A stretch of 64,000 bases of DNA from the NCBI GenBank assembly GCA_050298595.1, contig JBNKUM010000094.1:128001-192000 (forward strand), written 5' to 3'. Origin of the DNA: Gammaproteobacteria bacterium. GTDB lineage: Bacteria > Pseudomonadota > Gammaproteobacteria > GCA-001735895. Shown piece by piece: positions 18,988 to 29,452 of the stretch. A program made the position numbers and the translations under genes. The notes under the pieces are model-generated. The model did not search any database and was not told where the DNA came from. It saw only the letters and a program-made list of their open reading frames with translations. How positions within the stretch are numbered: position 1 is the stretch's first letter; every line of letters begins with the position of its first letter.

Positions 18988-20376
18988 ATGGCATTATTAG
19001 ATCAAACCGGACGTTACTCAGACCTGAGTTTAAACGAAGAAAATTTACTTGCTGATGGTAAACATATCCTGGTGGCATACACCATGGAACCTGCTGAAGG
19101 TCATGGGTATCTGGAAGCTGCTGCTCACTTTGCGGCGGAATCTTCTACCGGTACTAACGTAGAAGTATCAACTACCGATGATTTCACCAAGGGTGTAGAC
19201 GCTCTGGTTTACGAAATCGACGAAGCTAAAGGCATCATGAAGATTGCTTACCCGAATGAACTGTTCGATCGTAATGTGATCGATGGTCGCGCCATGATCG
19301 TTTCTTTCCTGACTTTGGCGATAGGTAACAATCAGGGCATGGGCGATATCAAAAACGCTCAAATGTTTGATTTCTATGTGCCGCCCAAAATGTTACGCCT
19401 GTTCGATGGCCCTGCGATGGATATCTCTGACATGTGGCGTGCACTGGGTCGTCCAATTAAAGATGGCGGTTATATTGCAGGTACTATCATCAAGCCTAAG
19501 TTGGGTCTGCGTCCTGAGCCTTTTGCTAATGCTGCCTACCAGTTCTGGTTAGGTGGTGATTTCATCAAGAATGACGAACCTCAGGGAAATCAGGTTTTCT
19601 GCCCAATGAAGAAGGTTATTCCTTTAGTTGCTGACGCTATGAAGCGCGCACAGGATGAAACTGGCGAAAACAAGCTTTTCTCAGCAAACATCACCGCAGA
19701 CGATCACCATGAAATGTGCGCTCGTGCAGATTTTGTACTGGAAACCTTCGGTGAAAATGCATCACAGGTAGCATTTCTGGTTGACGGCTATGTGGGTGGG
19801 CCCGGCATGGTAACAACGGCGCGTCGTAACTATCCTGGGCAATACCTGCATTATCATCGTGCGGGTCATGGTGCGGTGACTTCACCGTCTTCCAAGCGTG
19901 GTTACACAGCTTATATCCTGGCGAAAATGTCTCGTCTAATGGGGGCTTCCGGTATCCACGTAGGTACCATGGGTTACGGTAAGATGGAAGGTTCAGCGGA
20001 TGACAAGATTATTGCTTATATGATTGAGCGAGATGAGTGTCAGGGACCGGTTTACTACCAGAAGTGGTATGGCATGAAACCAACAACACCCATCATCTCT
20101 GGCGGTATGAACGCACTGCGTCTACCAGGTTTCTTTGAGAATCTGGGTCATGGTAACGTGATCAATACCTCTGGTGGTGGTGCTTACGGACATATCGATT
20201 CTCCTGCAGCAGGTGCTAAATCGCTGCATCAGGCTTATGACTGCTGGAAGCAGGGTGCAGACCCAATTGAGTACGCGAAAGAGCATCATGAATTTGCACG
20301 TGCATTCGAATCATTTGAGCATGATGCTGATGCACTGTATCCAGGTTGGAGAGACAAGCTGGGTGTTCATAAGTAA
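18988..20376 (+). CDS. cbbM: RubisCO form II
   Basis: [64 protein letters not shown]; strong RBS GAGGAG. Confidence 0.99.
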   Translation: MALLDQTGRYSDLSLNEENLLADGKHILVAYTMEPAEGHGYLEAAAHFAAESSTGTNVEVSTTDDFTKGVDALVYEIDEAKGIMKIAYPNELFDRNVIDGRAMIVSFLTLAIGNNQGMGDIKNAQMFDFYVPPKMLRLFDGPAMDISDMWRALGRPIKDGGYIAGTIIKPKLGLRPEPFANAAYQFWLGGDFIKNDEPQGNQVFCPMKKVIPLVADAMKRAQDETGENKLFSANITADDHHEMCARADFVLETFGENASQVAFLVDGYVGGPGMVTTARRNYPGQYLHYHRAGHGAVTSPSSKRGYTAYILAKMSRLMGASGIHVGTMGYGKMEGSADDKIIAYMIERDECQGPVYYQKWYGMKPTTPIISGGMNALRLPGFFENLGHGNVINTSGGGAYGHIDSPAAGAKSLHQAYDCWKQGADPIEYAKEHHEFARAFESFEHDADALYPGWRDKLGVHK

Positions 20377-20397
20377 CAATAAGCCTGCGCTAATTAG

Positions 20398-20426
20398 AAA
20401 AGCCCCTGCTAGTCAGGGGTTTTTTT
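20398..20426 (+). terminator. Rho-independent terminator after cbbM
   Basis: aaaagcccctg-ctagt-caggggtttttt. Confidence 0.85.
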
Positions 20427-20531
20427 ATGGGAGCATAGTTCAGATAGCGGTCAGCAAAGAAATGCATATCACGCGGGTTCGATTAATCGAGATCATGTGC
20501 ATATGTTGATAATTACATTGTTTATTATAAG

Positions 20532-20657
20532 TGTAAAAATTTCTGACAGATTGGTGAGGTATTGTAAAAGTTCTTGACAGTATTTAAATTTAAATTTGAA
20601 TTTGTATTTGTAAGATTTTGATCTAAAGGTGTCATTTATTTTTGGTATGCTTAATGC
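20532..20657 (+). promoter_or_regulatory. Sigma-54 promoter with paired enhancer sites (PEP-CTERM/PrsR-type)
   Basis: TGT-N11-ACA at 20532-20548 and 20563-20579; GG-N10-GC (tGGtatgcttaatGC) at 20644-20657. Confidence 0.7.
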
Positions 20658-20698
20658 ATATAGACTTGCTGAAAAATCAACTTTGTCAGGAACATAAA

Positions 20699-21268
20699 AT
20701 GAAATTAGGGTTTTTTAAGGTGAAAAGCTTTTTTGCGATATTGTTAATCACTGTTAGCTTTAGTGCTAATTCAACAGTGATTTTTGAAATATCTGGCGTT
20801 ACAGCGGGAGTACCATTTCCCGGATATCATTCTATTTATAAAAACTCTGCTGAACTTACTTCTAACTATGGGTTTTCTCTTGATTCAATTAAAGATATAT
20901 ATTTAGGTTTGGATCTAACTGGTTACAACTATTATTTGAATGAATCCGAATTAGCTTTATTTGAAACTAATATTGGAACTGAAACTATCGTTGATAATGA
21001 TACAGGTCATTACTTAAGTGTTGTCAAAGATGCTTACATCGTTGATGTATTAACTGAAGTTAAATTATATTCTGGCACTTTATCAATTGAGTCTGAATAT
21101 GTCGATTCAACAGAAAGTACTGATGGATTTGGCTTATTTACGATGAGCTTTGATGCTCCTCTAGCTGTTCCTCAAGCTGTTCCAGAGCCAGGCGTTATTG
21201 TATTGTTTTCACTTGGTTTAGCCGGCCTTGGATTTGTCAGGAAGAGAAAACAGTCTCAACTTAAATAA
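20699..21268 (+). CDS. PEP-CTERM sorting-domain protein
   Basis: Signal peptide (..FSANS), C-terminal VPEPGVIVLFSLGLAGLGFVRKRK. Start moved to ATG 20699 (RBS AGGAA), downstream of the sigma-54 site; low GC. Confidence 0.9.
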   Translation: MKLGFFKVKSFFAILLITVSFSANSTVIFEISGVTAGVPFPGYHSIYKNSAELTSNYGFSLDSIKDIYLGLDLTGYNYYLNESELALFETNIGTETIVDNDTGHYLSVVKDAYIVDVLTEVKLYSGTLSIESEYVDSTESTDGFGLFTMSFDAPLAVPQAVPEPGVIVLFSLGLAGLGFVRKRKQSQLK

Positions 21269-21401
21269 AATTGAAAGGTTTATTATACGAAAAGAGAATA
21301 TTTACCTTTATCTCTTAATCGTTTTATTAAAGGACTAGCTTCACTTGGGAGCCGTCATCTATATGACCCTTTGATATTCTTATTAGATGTTTTCCTTTTT
21401 T

Positions 21402-21560
21402 GTAGGTCGGATAGTCCGGGCATGGATGCCCGAGAGTATAGCTATGCAGGAAGCCGGAGCCGACGAGCAAAGCACTACCCCACGTAAACAATACAAGCAC
21501 CCAATCAAACTCAAAGGCAGGTCAATGTTGGAAGGCGTCGTTCCTTCATATACAACCTAC
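21402..21560. repeat. REP-like element (GTAG...CTAC ends) with nested CATGGATG hairpin
   Basis: Starts gtaggtcgga, ends tacaacctac (8/10 inverted match); internal cgggcat-gg-atgcccg hairpin. Confidence 0.55.
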
Positions 21561-21728
21561 CATATACAACCTAAGATCCAGGGTTACATGTTGATTATGA
21601 CGCCAGGCTACCTTGTTCGGTAAACAGGCCAATGGTTGCATACAAAAATTGAACAAATTTGAATATTGGTTTTGAAATGAGGAGCCCAATATTTTATTTG
21701 AGTCCTCCTTATGAGCTATTTTTGAAAA

Positions 21729-22574
21729 TCAGTAATCATCCCTCACACGCACAAAACTGGCGAAGCGCGGGATACCATTAGCGGTAAAGCCAAAGTATTT
21801 ATAGGTAATCAACGATCCAATAGCGGGAGGATTTTTTCTTTCTTCATCAGAATATCCTGTGCCTATCCGGAAGCGTTTTTTATCTGCGGTTTCGACCAGT
21901 ATTGAGCCGAGCATGCCTTTGTATTTTCCTGACCCTGGAATGTGTTGAATCACTGTAGCTTCAGCATCAAGATAGGTTTTAAGTTTTAGTAAATCATCAG
22001 AGCGACCTTTGTTATATCTGGATGATCCCAGATGCAGCATCAGGCCTTCGCCACCCTGATGAACAATGTCATCCAGCTTTTTCATCAATGCTTCGTGACT
22101 GGAAATCCGGTATTGCTCAATCAGCTGGATATGTGAGGCGTTAATAGCTCCGATGATTTGTTTAAGCTGTTTTAGCCGCTCATCAAAAGTATCATCACTG
22201 CCGGGCAAATCAAAAACCATATACCTGATATCGCGCCAGTCAGCGTCGCTTGATGATTGTCGTCTGACCAGGCCAGAAAGCTGGGCAAACTTTTCTCGAC
22301 CTAACCATAGTTCACCATCCAGTGCGATTTGGGGTAGCGCTGCGGTAAACCATTCAGGTGCAGGGTAGATATTTCCCTGACGTGAAATTAGATGCGTCCC
22401 ATCCCAGTATGCCCTGACGCCATCGAGTTTTTCGCTTACCCAGTAATCCTGCAGATTAATGCCGGATTGATAAATATTGGCGAGCAGTAAATCTGGGGTT
22501 TGATCGACTGGATTAGAGGCATGAGAAAATGAGGGTAGTAAAAGGAACGGTAATAAAATGAAAAAAAGTTTCAT
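21729..22574 (-). CDS. Minimal ATP-dependent DNA ligase with signal peptide (Lig E type)
   Basis: SEKLDGVRAYW (KxDG), GGEGLML, LLKLK, RIGTG, GIPRF; N-terminal MKLFFILLPFLLLPSFSHA. Confidence 0.92.
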   Translation of the reverse strand: MKLFFILLPFLLLPSFSHASNPVDQTPDLLLANIYQSGINLQDYWVSEKLDGVRAYWDGTHLISRQGNIYPAPEWFTAALPQIALDGELWLGREKFAQLSGLVRRQSSSDADWRDIRYMVFDLPGSDDTFDERLKQLKQIIGAINASHIQLIEQYRISSHEALMKKLDDIVHQGGEGLMLHLGSSRYNKGRSDDLLKLKTYLDAEATVIQHIPGSGKYKGMLGSILVETADKKRFRIGTGYSDEERKNPPAIGSLITYKYFGFTANGIPRFASFVRVRDDY

Positions 22575-22809
22575 GAAATGGTTTCTCCCTGAAAATGAAA
22601 GTCCATGTTGAGATAATTAACTGGAATAATAGCATTTTGTGCTTAGGGTAAGGAGAAATTTTCCTGAAGTGCGCGCTTGCAAGATTCAGCCTTCGTAGCG
22701 TAGTCTATGGGTTGATGGGGGTGTTCAAAGATTTTAAGTTTTGGTGTGCTTTCATACCAAGTAGAATGTCCTTACTTCTTACGTACTAATTATATCCAAG
22801 GCAGCCATT

Positions 22810-23625
22810 ATGACTTCGAAAGATATCGATATAGAACAATACAAAATCACCAAAGAACCATTCTACGAAGCGCAAGAAGATGAAATACCCCTGTATGAAG
22901 CGGCGTACGAAGGTCGACTTCCGGTGATGATTAAGGGACCGACAGGTTGTGGTAAATCGCGCTTTATCGAGCACATGGCCTGGAAATTGGGCAAGCCTGT
23001 TATCACAGTGGCCTGTAATGAAGATATGACAGCATCGGATCTGGTAGGACGTTATCTGCTGGATGCAAATGGTACGCGCTGGCTGGATGGTCCGCTGACC
23101 ACTGCCGCACGTATTGGTGCCATCTGTTATCTGGATGAAATTGTAGAAGCGCGGCAGGATACGACTGTCGTCATTCATCCTCTTACCGACCATCGTAGAA
23201 CCCTGCCACTGGATAAAAAAGGCGAGTTGATTGATGCCCATCCAGATTTTCAGTTGGTTATTTCGTATAACCCCGGCTATCAAAGTCTGATGAAGGATTT
23301 AAAGCAATCCACCAAGCAACGTTTTGTAGCGCTGGATTTTGACTATCCTGATAGCGTGGTTGAAACCTCTATCGTCGCTAAAGAAGCATCGATAGATACG
23401 GATATTGCAGAGAAACTAGTCAAAGTGGCGCATACGGCCCGCAACCTGAAAGGTCATGGCCTGGACGAAGGTATCTCCACCCGATTGCTGGTGTATGCAG
23501 CGAACTTGATGAATAAAGGTGTCGAAGCCAAAGCTGCCTGCCGTATGGCATTAGTGCGACCCATTACCGATGATGCCGATATTCGTACTACCCTGTATCA
23601 CTCGATAGACAGTATTTTCGGCTGA
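22810..23625 (+). CDS. cbbQ: RubisCO activase AAA+ ATPase CbbQ
   Basis: KGPTGCGKSRF, CNEDMTASDLVGR, YLDEIVEARQD, SYNPGYQ, DLKQSTKQRF. Confidence 0.96.
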   Translation: MTSKDIDIEQYKITKEPFYEAQEDEIPLYEAAYEGRLPVMIKGPTGCGKSRFIEHMAWKLGKPVITVACNEDMTASDLVGRYLLDANGTRWLDGPLTTAARIGAICYLDEIVEARQDTTVVIHPLTDHRRTLPLDKKGELIDAHPDFQLVISYNPGYQSLMKDLKQSTKQRFVALDFDYPDSVVETSIVAKEASIDTDIAEKLVKVAHTARNLKGHGLDEGISTRLLVYAANLMNKGVEAKAACRMALVRPITDDADIRTTLYHSIDSIFG

Positions 23626-23637
23626 TCCAGATTTCAA

Positions 23638-25887
23638 ATGTACACAGATAACGTCCAACGCTATCGCGATAAACTTAAATGCAGCTTCGGGCAGATCGAT
23701 GATTGTTTCGAAGATTATCTATATGATGCATTGACCAGTTTATCGGAGAAGGGTGTTGAGCAATACCTGTCCGGTGCTTCCTTGATCTGTATGATCGGTC
23801 GTGGTTGGGAACCGGTTTCTATCTATCTGGAAGAAATGCCGCAGATGGCAAAAAAGCTGGGTGAACCGGTTTTGGAAATGGTTTCCAAAGCCGTGTGGGA
23901 TATGTCACGTACGCCTAATGGAAAGGCTATTCCACCCTTTATGCAGTGCCTGCCCGAGGCCGCACGTAGGCTGGGCTCGCTGGAACAGATGCGGCGCTTT
24001 ATCGATATCCTGTTTCAAATGATGGATGACACCACGACCTCGGTGCATGGGCATCATAAAACACATGCCAGTCAGGGCTTGCCCGAACTATTAAAACAGA
24101 TTCCATATTTACTCAATCAACTGTCGCTGGCTGGATTAAAAAGCTGGATTGATTATGGCGCGCGCAATTACGTTAATCATCCCGAGCGGCAGATGAAGTA
24201 CTTCAGCCTGCAATCTGCGGACAGCAAGGCTATGCTACAACGCGAACGTCATGGCACGCTGTTTATGGATAATGAGCGAAATCTGGATATGTATTTACGT
24301 GGTTTATGGGAGGATCAATCTTACTTTGTCCCCTATTCAGAAGGACTTGATGCATCCAGAAAACTTGTGCCTTATTACGATCAAATGGGTATCCGTATTC
24401 CTGACGTTTACGAAGATCTGAATGGTGTGTCAGGGATCGACCGCTACCGCATCACCATTGCACATATCGCAGCGCATCGAAAATGGACCACTCCAATCAT
24501 TGCCGATAACTTCAGCCCATTTCAGCGCCTGGCTATCGAACATCTGGAAGATTGTCGGATTGAGTATCTGATGCTTCAGGAGTATCCCGGGCTACGCAAA
24601 TATATGCTGGCGTTACATCCAGAGCCGATAGAAGATGATTGTGATAGCGAAAAAGAATCCTGTGTGCGACATCGTCTGGCGATGTTGTCGAGAGCGATTC
24701 TGGATCCAAATCATGGCTATCGGAATGAGTATGTTGTTGATTTTGTGAAGCGTTTTTATCAGGCCGTCGAAGTAGATGGCAGCTCTACTCAGGCCATGGC
24801 TGATCTGGCTATTTTATTTACCACAAGAACCCGCCTGCAAAGCGATCAGCAGGCGCGCATCCGTTTTGAAAATACCGTGGTCGATTACCGCGACGATAAT
24901 CGCCATATGTGGATCTATATCGAACAGGGTGATGAAGAAGAATCGTTTGATGATGAAACTAAGCCCAAACCGGAACAGCTGGATAATGATGGCTTGCCCC
25001 CCAGGCATTACGCGGAATGGGATTATGCTACGCAAACCTATAAGCCCGACTGGGTGAGTTTATATGAGTCGATCCACCCTTCAGGCAATGCGTCGGATAT
25101 CGATGAAATTCTGGATAAGCACAAAGCACTGGCAAAATTGCTGAAGCAGATTCTGGAAACCCTGAAGCCTCAGCAATATATGCGAGTGCGTTATCAGGAA
25201 GAGGGTAGTGAACTGGATCTGGATATCGCGATACGCTCGCTGATCGATTATAAATGCGGCGCACAGCCCGATCCACGCATTAATATGAGCCATGAGCACG
25301 CGGGGCGCGATATCGCGGTCATGTTGTTACTGGATCTGTCCGCCTCTTTAGCTGACATTCCTGAAGGTTGTGAGCAAAGCATTCTGGAGTTAAGTCAGGA
25401 GGCTGTCTCTTTACTGGCCTGGACTATTGAGCAGTTGGGTGATAAATACGCGATAGCCGGGTTCCATTCCGACACGCGTCACAATGTGCGTTATTACCAC
25501 TTAAAAGGTTACAGTGAGCAATTTGGCGATACGGTCAAAGGTCGATTAGCCGCTATGGATGCCGGGTTTTCAACCCGTATTGGTGCCGCCATGCGGCATG
25601 CTGCACATTATCTCGAGGGGCAGAAAGCCGATAAAAAACTGATGCTGATCCTGACTGATGGAGAACCTTCAGATATTGATGTTGAAGATGAGCAGTATCT
25701 GATCTCGGATACCAAAAAAGCGGTTGATGAATTATCCTCCAGAGGCATAAATAGTTACTGCATCTCACTGGATAAAAAGGCAGATGATTACATTCGAGAT
25801 ATTTTCGGTAATCAGTTTGCTGTTATCGATCATGTTGATCGCCTGCCTGAACAATTACCTCGATTATTTATGAGCCTGACGCGCTAA
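23638..25887 (+). CDS. cbbO: CbbO VWA-domain RubisCO activation adaptor
   Basis: YAEWDY, LLLDLSAS (MIDAS), STRIGAAMRHA, LTDGEPSD; follows cbbQ. Confidence 0.94.
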   Translation: MYTDNVQRYRDKLKCSFGQIDDCFEDYLYDALTSLSEKGVEQYLSGASLICMIGRGWEPVSIYLEEMPQMAKKLGEPVLEMVSKAVWDMSRTPNGKAIPPFMQCLPEAARRLGSLEQMRRFIDILFQMMDDTTTSVHGHHKTHASQGLPELLKQIPYLLNQLSLAGLKSWIDYGARNYVNHPERQMKYFSLQSADSKAMLQRERHGTLFMDNERNLDMYLRGLWEDQSYFVPYSEGLDASRKLVPYYDQMGIRIPDVYEDLNGVSGIDRYRITIAHIAAHRKWTTPIIADNFSPFQRLAIEHLEDCRIEYLMLQEYPGLRKYMLALHPEPIEDDCDSEKESCVRHRLAMLSRAILDPNHGYRNEYVVDFVKRFYQAVEVDGSSTQAMADLAILFTTRTRLQSDQQARIRFENTVVDYRDDNRHMWIYIEQGDEEESFDDETKPKPEQLDNDGLPPRHYAEWDYATQTYKPDWVSLYESIHPSGNASDIDEILDKHKALAKLLKQILETLKPQQYMRVRYQEEGSELDLDIAIRSLIDYKCGAQPDPRINMSHEHAGRDIAVMLLLDLSASLADIPEGCEQSILELSQEAVSLLAWTIEQLGDKYAIAGFHSDTRHNVRYYHLKGYSEQFGDTVKGRLAAMDAGFSTRIGAAMRHAAHYLEGQKADKKLMLILTDGEPSDIDVEDEQYLISDTKKAVDELSSRGINSYCISLDKKADDYIRDIFGNQFAVIDHVDRLPEQLPRLFMSLTR

Positions 25888-25891
25888 CCGT

Positions 25892-26296
25892 ATGAAGAAT
25901 TACCTTACCGTACAAATCACTTTTTCCTACCAGGGGGTTACATATAAACCTTCAAGTCGCATAGATCTGGATAGATTTTTGGAAAAAGGCGAAGCAATTC
26001 CAGAGTTTTATCAAATAGTGGCTAAAGAGAATGATATTGACCTCTATTCCTATCAATATGAAGTGATGCAAGTGGGGCAGTGTCAATATCTTGAGGCAAC
26101 TGGCCTGGCTGAAGAATTCTGTAGTGAAGATCATTTTGATATTGCCGCTTTTGAAGCGCGCTGGAAACAGTTGAATATTGAGCAAAAGCTCGCCGAAATC
26201 GCACTAAAGCAAATGAATATCATCGATCTAGATGAGAATAAACCTCTCAGGCAGGCGCTGCTTCAGGCTTATCAGCTGGGTACTGCTGAGGGCTGA
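25892..26296 (+). CDS. Hypothetical protein, co-transcribed with cbbQO
   Basis: 4-bp gap after cbbO; 134 aa; no family recognised. Confidence 0.7.
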   Translation: MKNYLTVQITFSYQGVTYKPSSRIDLDRFLEKGEAIPEFYQIVAKENDIDLYSYQYEVMQVGQCQYLEATGLAEEFCSEDHFDIAAFEARWKQLNIEQKLAEIALKQMNIIDLDENKPLRQALLQAYQLGTAEG

Positions 26297-26686
26297 TTCT
26301 TCTATATTAAAAGGGGTAGGCCTGCTCTTCAATTAGGTCAATTTAAGCTAGATCGGTTTTCAAAATACTTCAAAAAAAACTTGGTAAACTAGTCAGGTAT
26401 GGTTTTTTTCAGGCTAGATTTGTTACTTTATTTCTCATAAATATACCATTCGTCAGATTGGGACAAAATTCCCATATTAAATCATGGCTATTTAGATAAA
26501 TTTCATGCAATTTTCACGTTCGTTAATTTAAGTTAATAAGTAATAATCTGGTTATCGAGAAATGGTGCTCGACAAAAATCATAAAAATAATGTCTGGCAA
26601 GGTAATCGGGGAATAATAAATTAAGGCCAGAGCTTGGCATGGATTCTCAGTCCTTAAATTCTAACTGTAACTTAAGGAGATCTGTC

Positions 26687-29326
26687 ATGAACGTCAAAAA
26701 ATATACAACTGTTTCATCATTCAATTACCTGTTAATCGCTTTTATTACATTTGTGTTAAGTGCCTGTTCTGATGGGGCGGCATCAATTTCTGACGACCAG
26801 TCTGCTGATAGACATAACGATGGTGGGAGTTCAGACAGCTTTTCTATTAAGGAAGCCGTTTGGAACTCAGAAAGGTCGGAGCTACTTGTTAAAGGAGTCG
26901 GAGAGAGAAGGCAGGAGGTCACTATCGCAAATGCTGATACCGGTGCCAGTATTGGTTCATTGACGATCAGAAAGAGTGAGTGGAAATTTACAAAGCGCAA
27001 CCCTGATAATATTCCGTGTACCGTTAAAGCCACTCAGAGAAATGGTAAAACCGATGACCTTGCGGTTAAATATGCCCCCAGTAATTGTGATGCTGGAAAT
27101 CCCCCTGGTGGCGGAAATCCCCCTCCCCCTGGTGGCGGAAACCCCGGCACAGTTTCCATAAATTCAAGCAGTCAAAACGGTATAACCAGAGTCGTCAGTG
27201 AACAGAGTTTTAGCGGGCAGGCTGGCTACACTATTTTTGGTTCCAACGACCTTGGTATGCATTGTGGTGATCTTGATACTCGTATCTCGAGCATACTGCC
27301 TCCTTTTAATACGGTGCATTCTCAGGTAGTTCAACGCGGTCTAAGCCCAAGTATATTGTCACCATTAGACGATATCGAAGTGGTTTACTCAGCGGCTTCC
27401 AATCCTAATGACCCTATCTTAACTGGTATAAACTCGGCAGGTTCCGGGCCTGTAGCCTCCAGCCTGTTAGCCGATGGCAGTGTGTATAAAACTAACTTCT
27501 GGGATGTGGCACGTGATGCCTATGGACCTTTTTATCCTGAAGGGATTTTAAATGCTTTCTATTCAGCTCAGTCTCAGGACAATATCGACCTCGGGCTGCC
27601 AATGCCGAATGTTGAAGAATTGTTTTTGAATGAACATCTCACTGCCGAGCAACAGCAAATGCCAGCTCGAGCCACTTTGGCACAACTGAATGATCCTCTG
27701 GCATTCAAGTTTTTTGTTGCGGACCAGTTGTTCTTCACCAGTTTCCCCTTCGGTTATACCAAAAATGAGGCTAACTGGTTTGAAGCGGCGGGTATTCCTA
27801 TGACCGCTTATGATGACTATGGACGTGAAAATCCCTGGCCATTGATGCGCTTACAGGCTAAATCAAAATCTGGCGGACAGGTGCTGGCTTCGCTGGATAC
27901 GGTATTGCCAATCTCTGGAGAGGCAAACTGTGGTGCATGTCATAATGGCCCTGGAGATCTTAATGACGCCGCCGGAGTTGCGACAGAAAATCTGAGTAAA
28001 ATAGCTTATTCTGTTGATGATGATGCTGAAGTGCCGTTAGATGTTAGCCTGGAATGGGCGGCTGATATCAATATTCTTCGTTTGCACGATCAAAAACATA
28101 AAACCAACCTGATCGTGGGCACCACTATGGATGGCGGCAGCCTGCCGTTTAAAGCGGTAGTTTGCCAAACCTGCCATTACACTCCTGCACTGGATCTGGC
28201 TCAGTTGGGACCACAGGGTCCTGAAAACGATGCTCCATTGGTACTCAAGGGTGTTGAAGTATCTCCATCTATAGCTAATGGTCGTGATCAGATTAAGCAT
28301 AAATCAATGTCGAATGTGATGCATAGACATCATGGCTCTGTCACCGACAAAGATGGTAATAAGCTATTCCCTGATATGCCTCCAGCGGTGAACGCGGATG
28401 GAAGTTTTCGTGATCCTGTAGCAGCTAAAGCTGTGCTCGACGAGACCTGTTATCAATGTCACCCAGGTCGTCGTACCGACTGTCTGCGTGGTGCGATGGC
28501 CAGTGGTGGCATGCTGTGTCAGGACTGTCATGGAGACATGCAGCAGGTTGGAAGCGATTTCACCAATAATGTTCAACCCCTGGCTTCGGCTGATGGAACT
28601 AAAGGGCCAGGCAAGTTCCATCTGGATAGTGACTTTTTCAGCAATCCTGATACACCTCGAGTTCCCTGGGCCAATGAGCCAGGTTGTGGTTCCTGCCATA
28701 CCGGCGATGTAATGAATAATATGCATGGCACTCCGAATACCATTGGAGATCCTGAGGATGGTATCCGTTTGATGCAGGCCTATCGCGTCAATGATCCCAA
28801 GGCAACGCCGATTGTACCGAGTAACAAGCGTTTTGCCGAAAATGTGGTGGAAGCTGGGCCTGCAACAGGCAACCCAATGCTGTATCGAGTGAGTACCGAT
28901 GATCACGCTGGAATCTTCTGTGAAGCCTGTCATGGCGCAACTCATGGTATCTGGCCCAACAAAAATCCAGATGCTAATGATAATGTGGCTGCGCTTCAGT
29001 TACAGGGCCATTCAGGTCCAATAGCTGAATGTAGTGTTTGTCATGAAGGCGACCTGGGCAATACCCTGAAAGGACCGCATGGTATGCATCCGGTTGGTGA
29101 TACTCGATTCTCTAATGGTGGGCATGAAGATATGGCTGAAAGTAATAAAGACGCCTGTAGAGCCTGTCATGGTAAGAATGGTGAAGGTAGCGTACTCGCT
29201 CGAGCCGCTACTGACCGTGTGCTACAGAATGAACATGGCACAGTCACCTTAAATAGAGGTGATCAGGTAACCTGTAATTTATGCCATGATAATGAGTTGG
29301 CGAGTAATTCGAGCAGCTCGGATTAA
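26687..29326 (+). CDS. Multiheme c-type cytochrome lipoprotein (9 CxxCH)
   Basis: Lipobox LSAC; CGACH, CQTCH, CYQCH, CQDCH, CGSCH, CEACH, CSVCH, CRACH, CNLCH; NDLGMHC motif; Gly/Pro linker. Start at ATG 26687 after AAGGAG. Confidence 0.9.
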   Translation: MNVKKYTTVSSFNYLLIAFITFVLSACSDGAASISDDQSADRHNDGGSSDSFSIKEAVWNSERSELLVKGVGERRQEVTIANADTGASIGSLTIRKSEWKFTKRNPDNIPCTVKATQRNGKTDDLAVKYAPSNCDAGNPPGGGNPPPPGGGNPGTVSINSSSQNGITRVVSEQSFSGQAGYTIFGSNDLGMHCGDLDTRISSILPPFNTVHSQVVQRGLSPSILSPLDDIEVVYSAASNPNDPILTGINSAGSGPVASSLLADGSVYKTNFWDVARDAYGPFYPEGILNAFYSAQSQDNIDLGLPMPNVEELFLNEHLTAEQQQMPARATLAQLNDPLAFKFFVADQLFFTSFPFGYTKNEANWFEAAGIPMTAYDDYGRENPWPLMRLQAKSKSGGQVLASLDTVLPISGEANCGACHNGPGDLNDAAGVATENLSKIAYSVDDDAEVPLDVSLEWAADINILRLHDQKHKTNLIVGTTMDGGSLPFKAVVCQTCHYTPALDLAQLGPQGPENDAPLVLKGVEVSPSIANGRDQIKHKSMSNVMHRHHGSVTDKDGNKLFPDMPPAVNADGSFRDPVAAKAVLDETCYQCHPGRRTDCLRGAMASGGMLCQDCHGDMQQVGSDFTNNVQPLASADGTKGPGKFHLDSDFFSNPDTPRVPWANEPGCGSCHTGDVMNNMHGTPNTIGDPEDGIRLMQAYRVNDPKATPIVPSNKRFAENVVEAGPATGNPMLYRVSTDDHAGIFCEACHGATHGIWPNKNPDANDNVAALQLQGHSGPIAECSVCHEGDLGNTLKGPHGMHPVGDTRFSNGGHEDMAESNKDACRACHGKNGEGSVLARAATDRVLQNEHGTVTLNRGDQVTCNLCHDNELASNSSSSD

Positions 29327-29385
29327 AGTTTTGTTTTGGGATGAGTAAGAGTCTAATTGGTAAGGTCAATATTGCATGAAGGTCG

Positions 29386-29422
29386 ACAAATGACCTGTCG
29401 TAAGACAGGTCATTTGTTTTTT
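29386..29422. terminator. Terminator hairpin between convergent cytochrome and Dyp genes
   Basis: Perfect 14-bp stem acaaatgacctgtc-gtaa-gacaggtcatttgt plus T-run. Confidence 0.85.
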
Positions 29423-29452
29423 TCAGGGTTAGCAAAAAACGTATAAGAGCGG

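Noticed and set aside
21387-21623. 78-aa ORF (also 58217-58441, 59815-60066, 60436-60666, 62330-62521)
   Set aside because: Chance frames across REP, tRNA-repeat, MITE or other intergenic sequence.
27095-27148. Direct repeat ggaaatccccctggtggc
   Set aside because: Simply encodes the GNPPGGG linker of the cytochrome.
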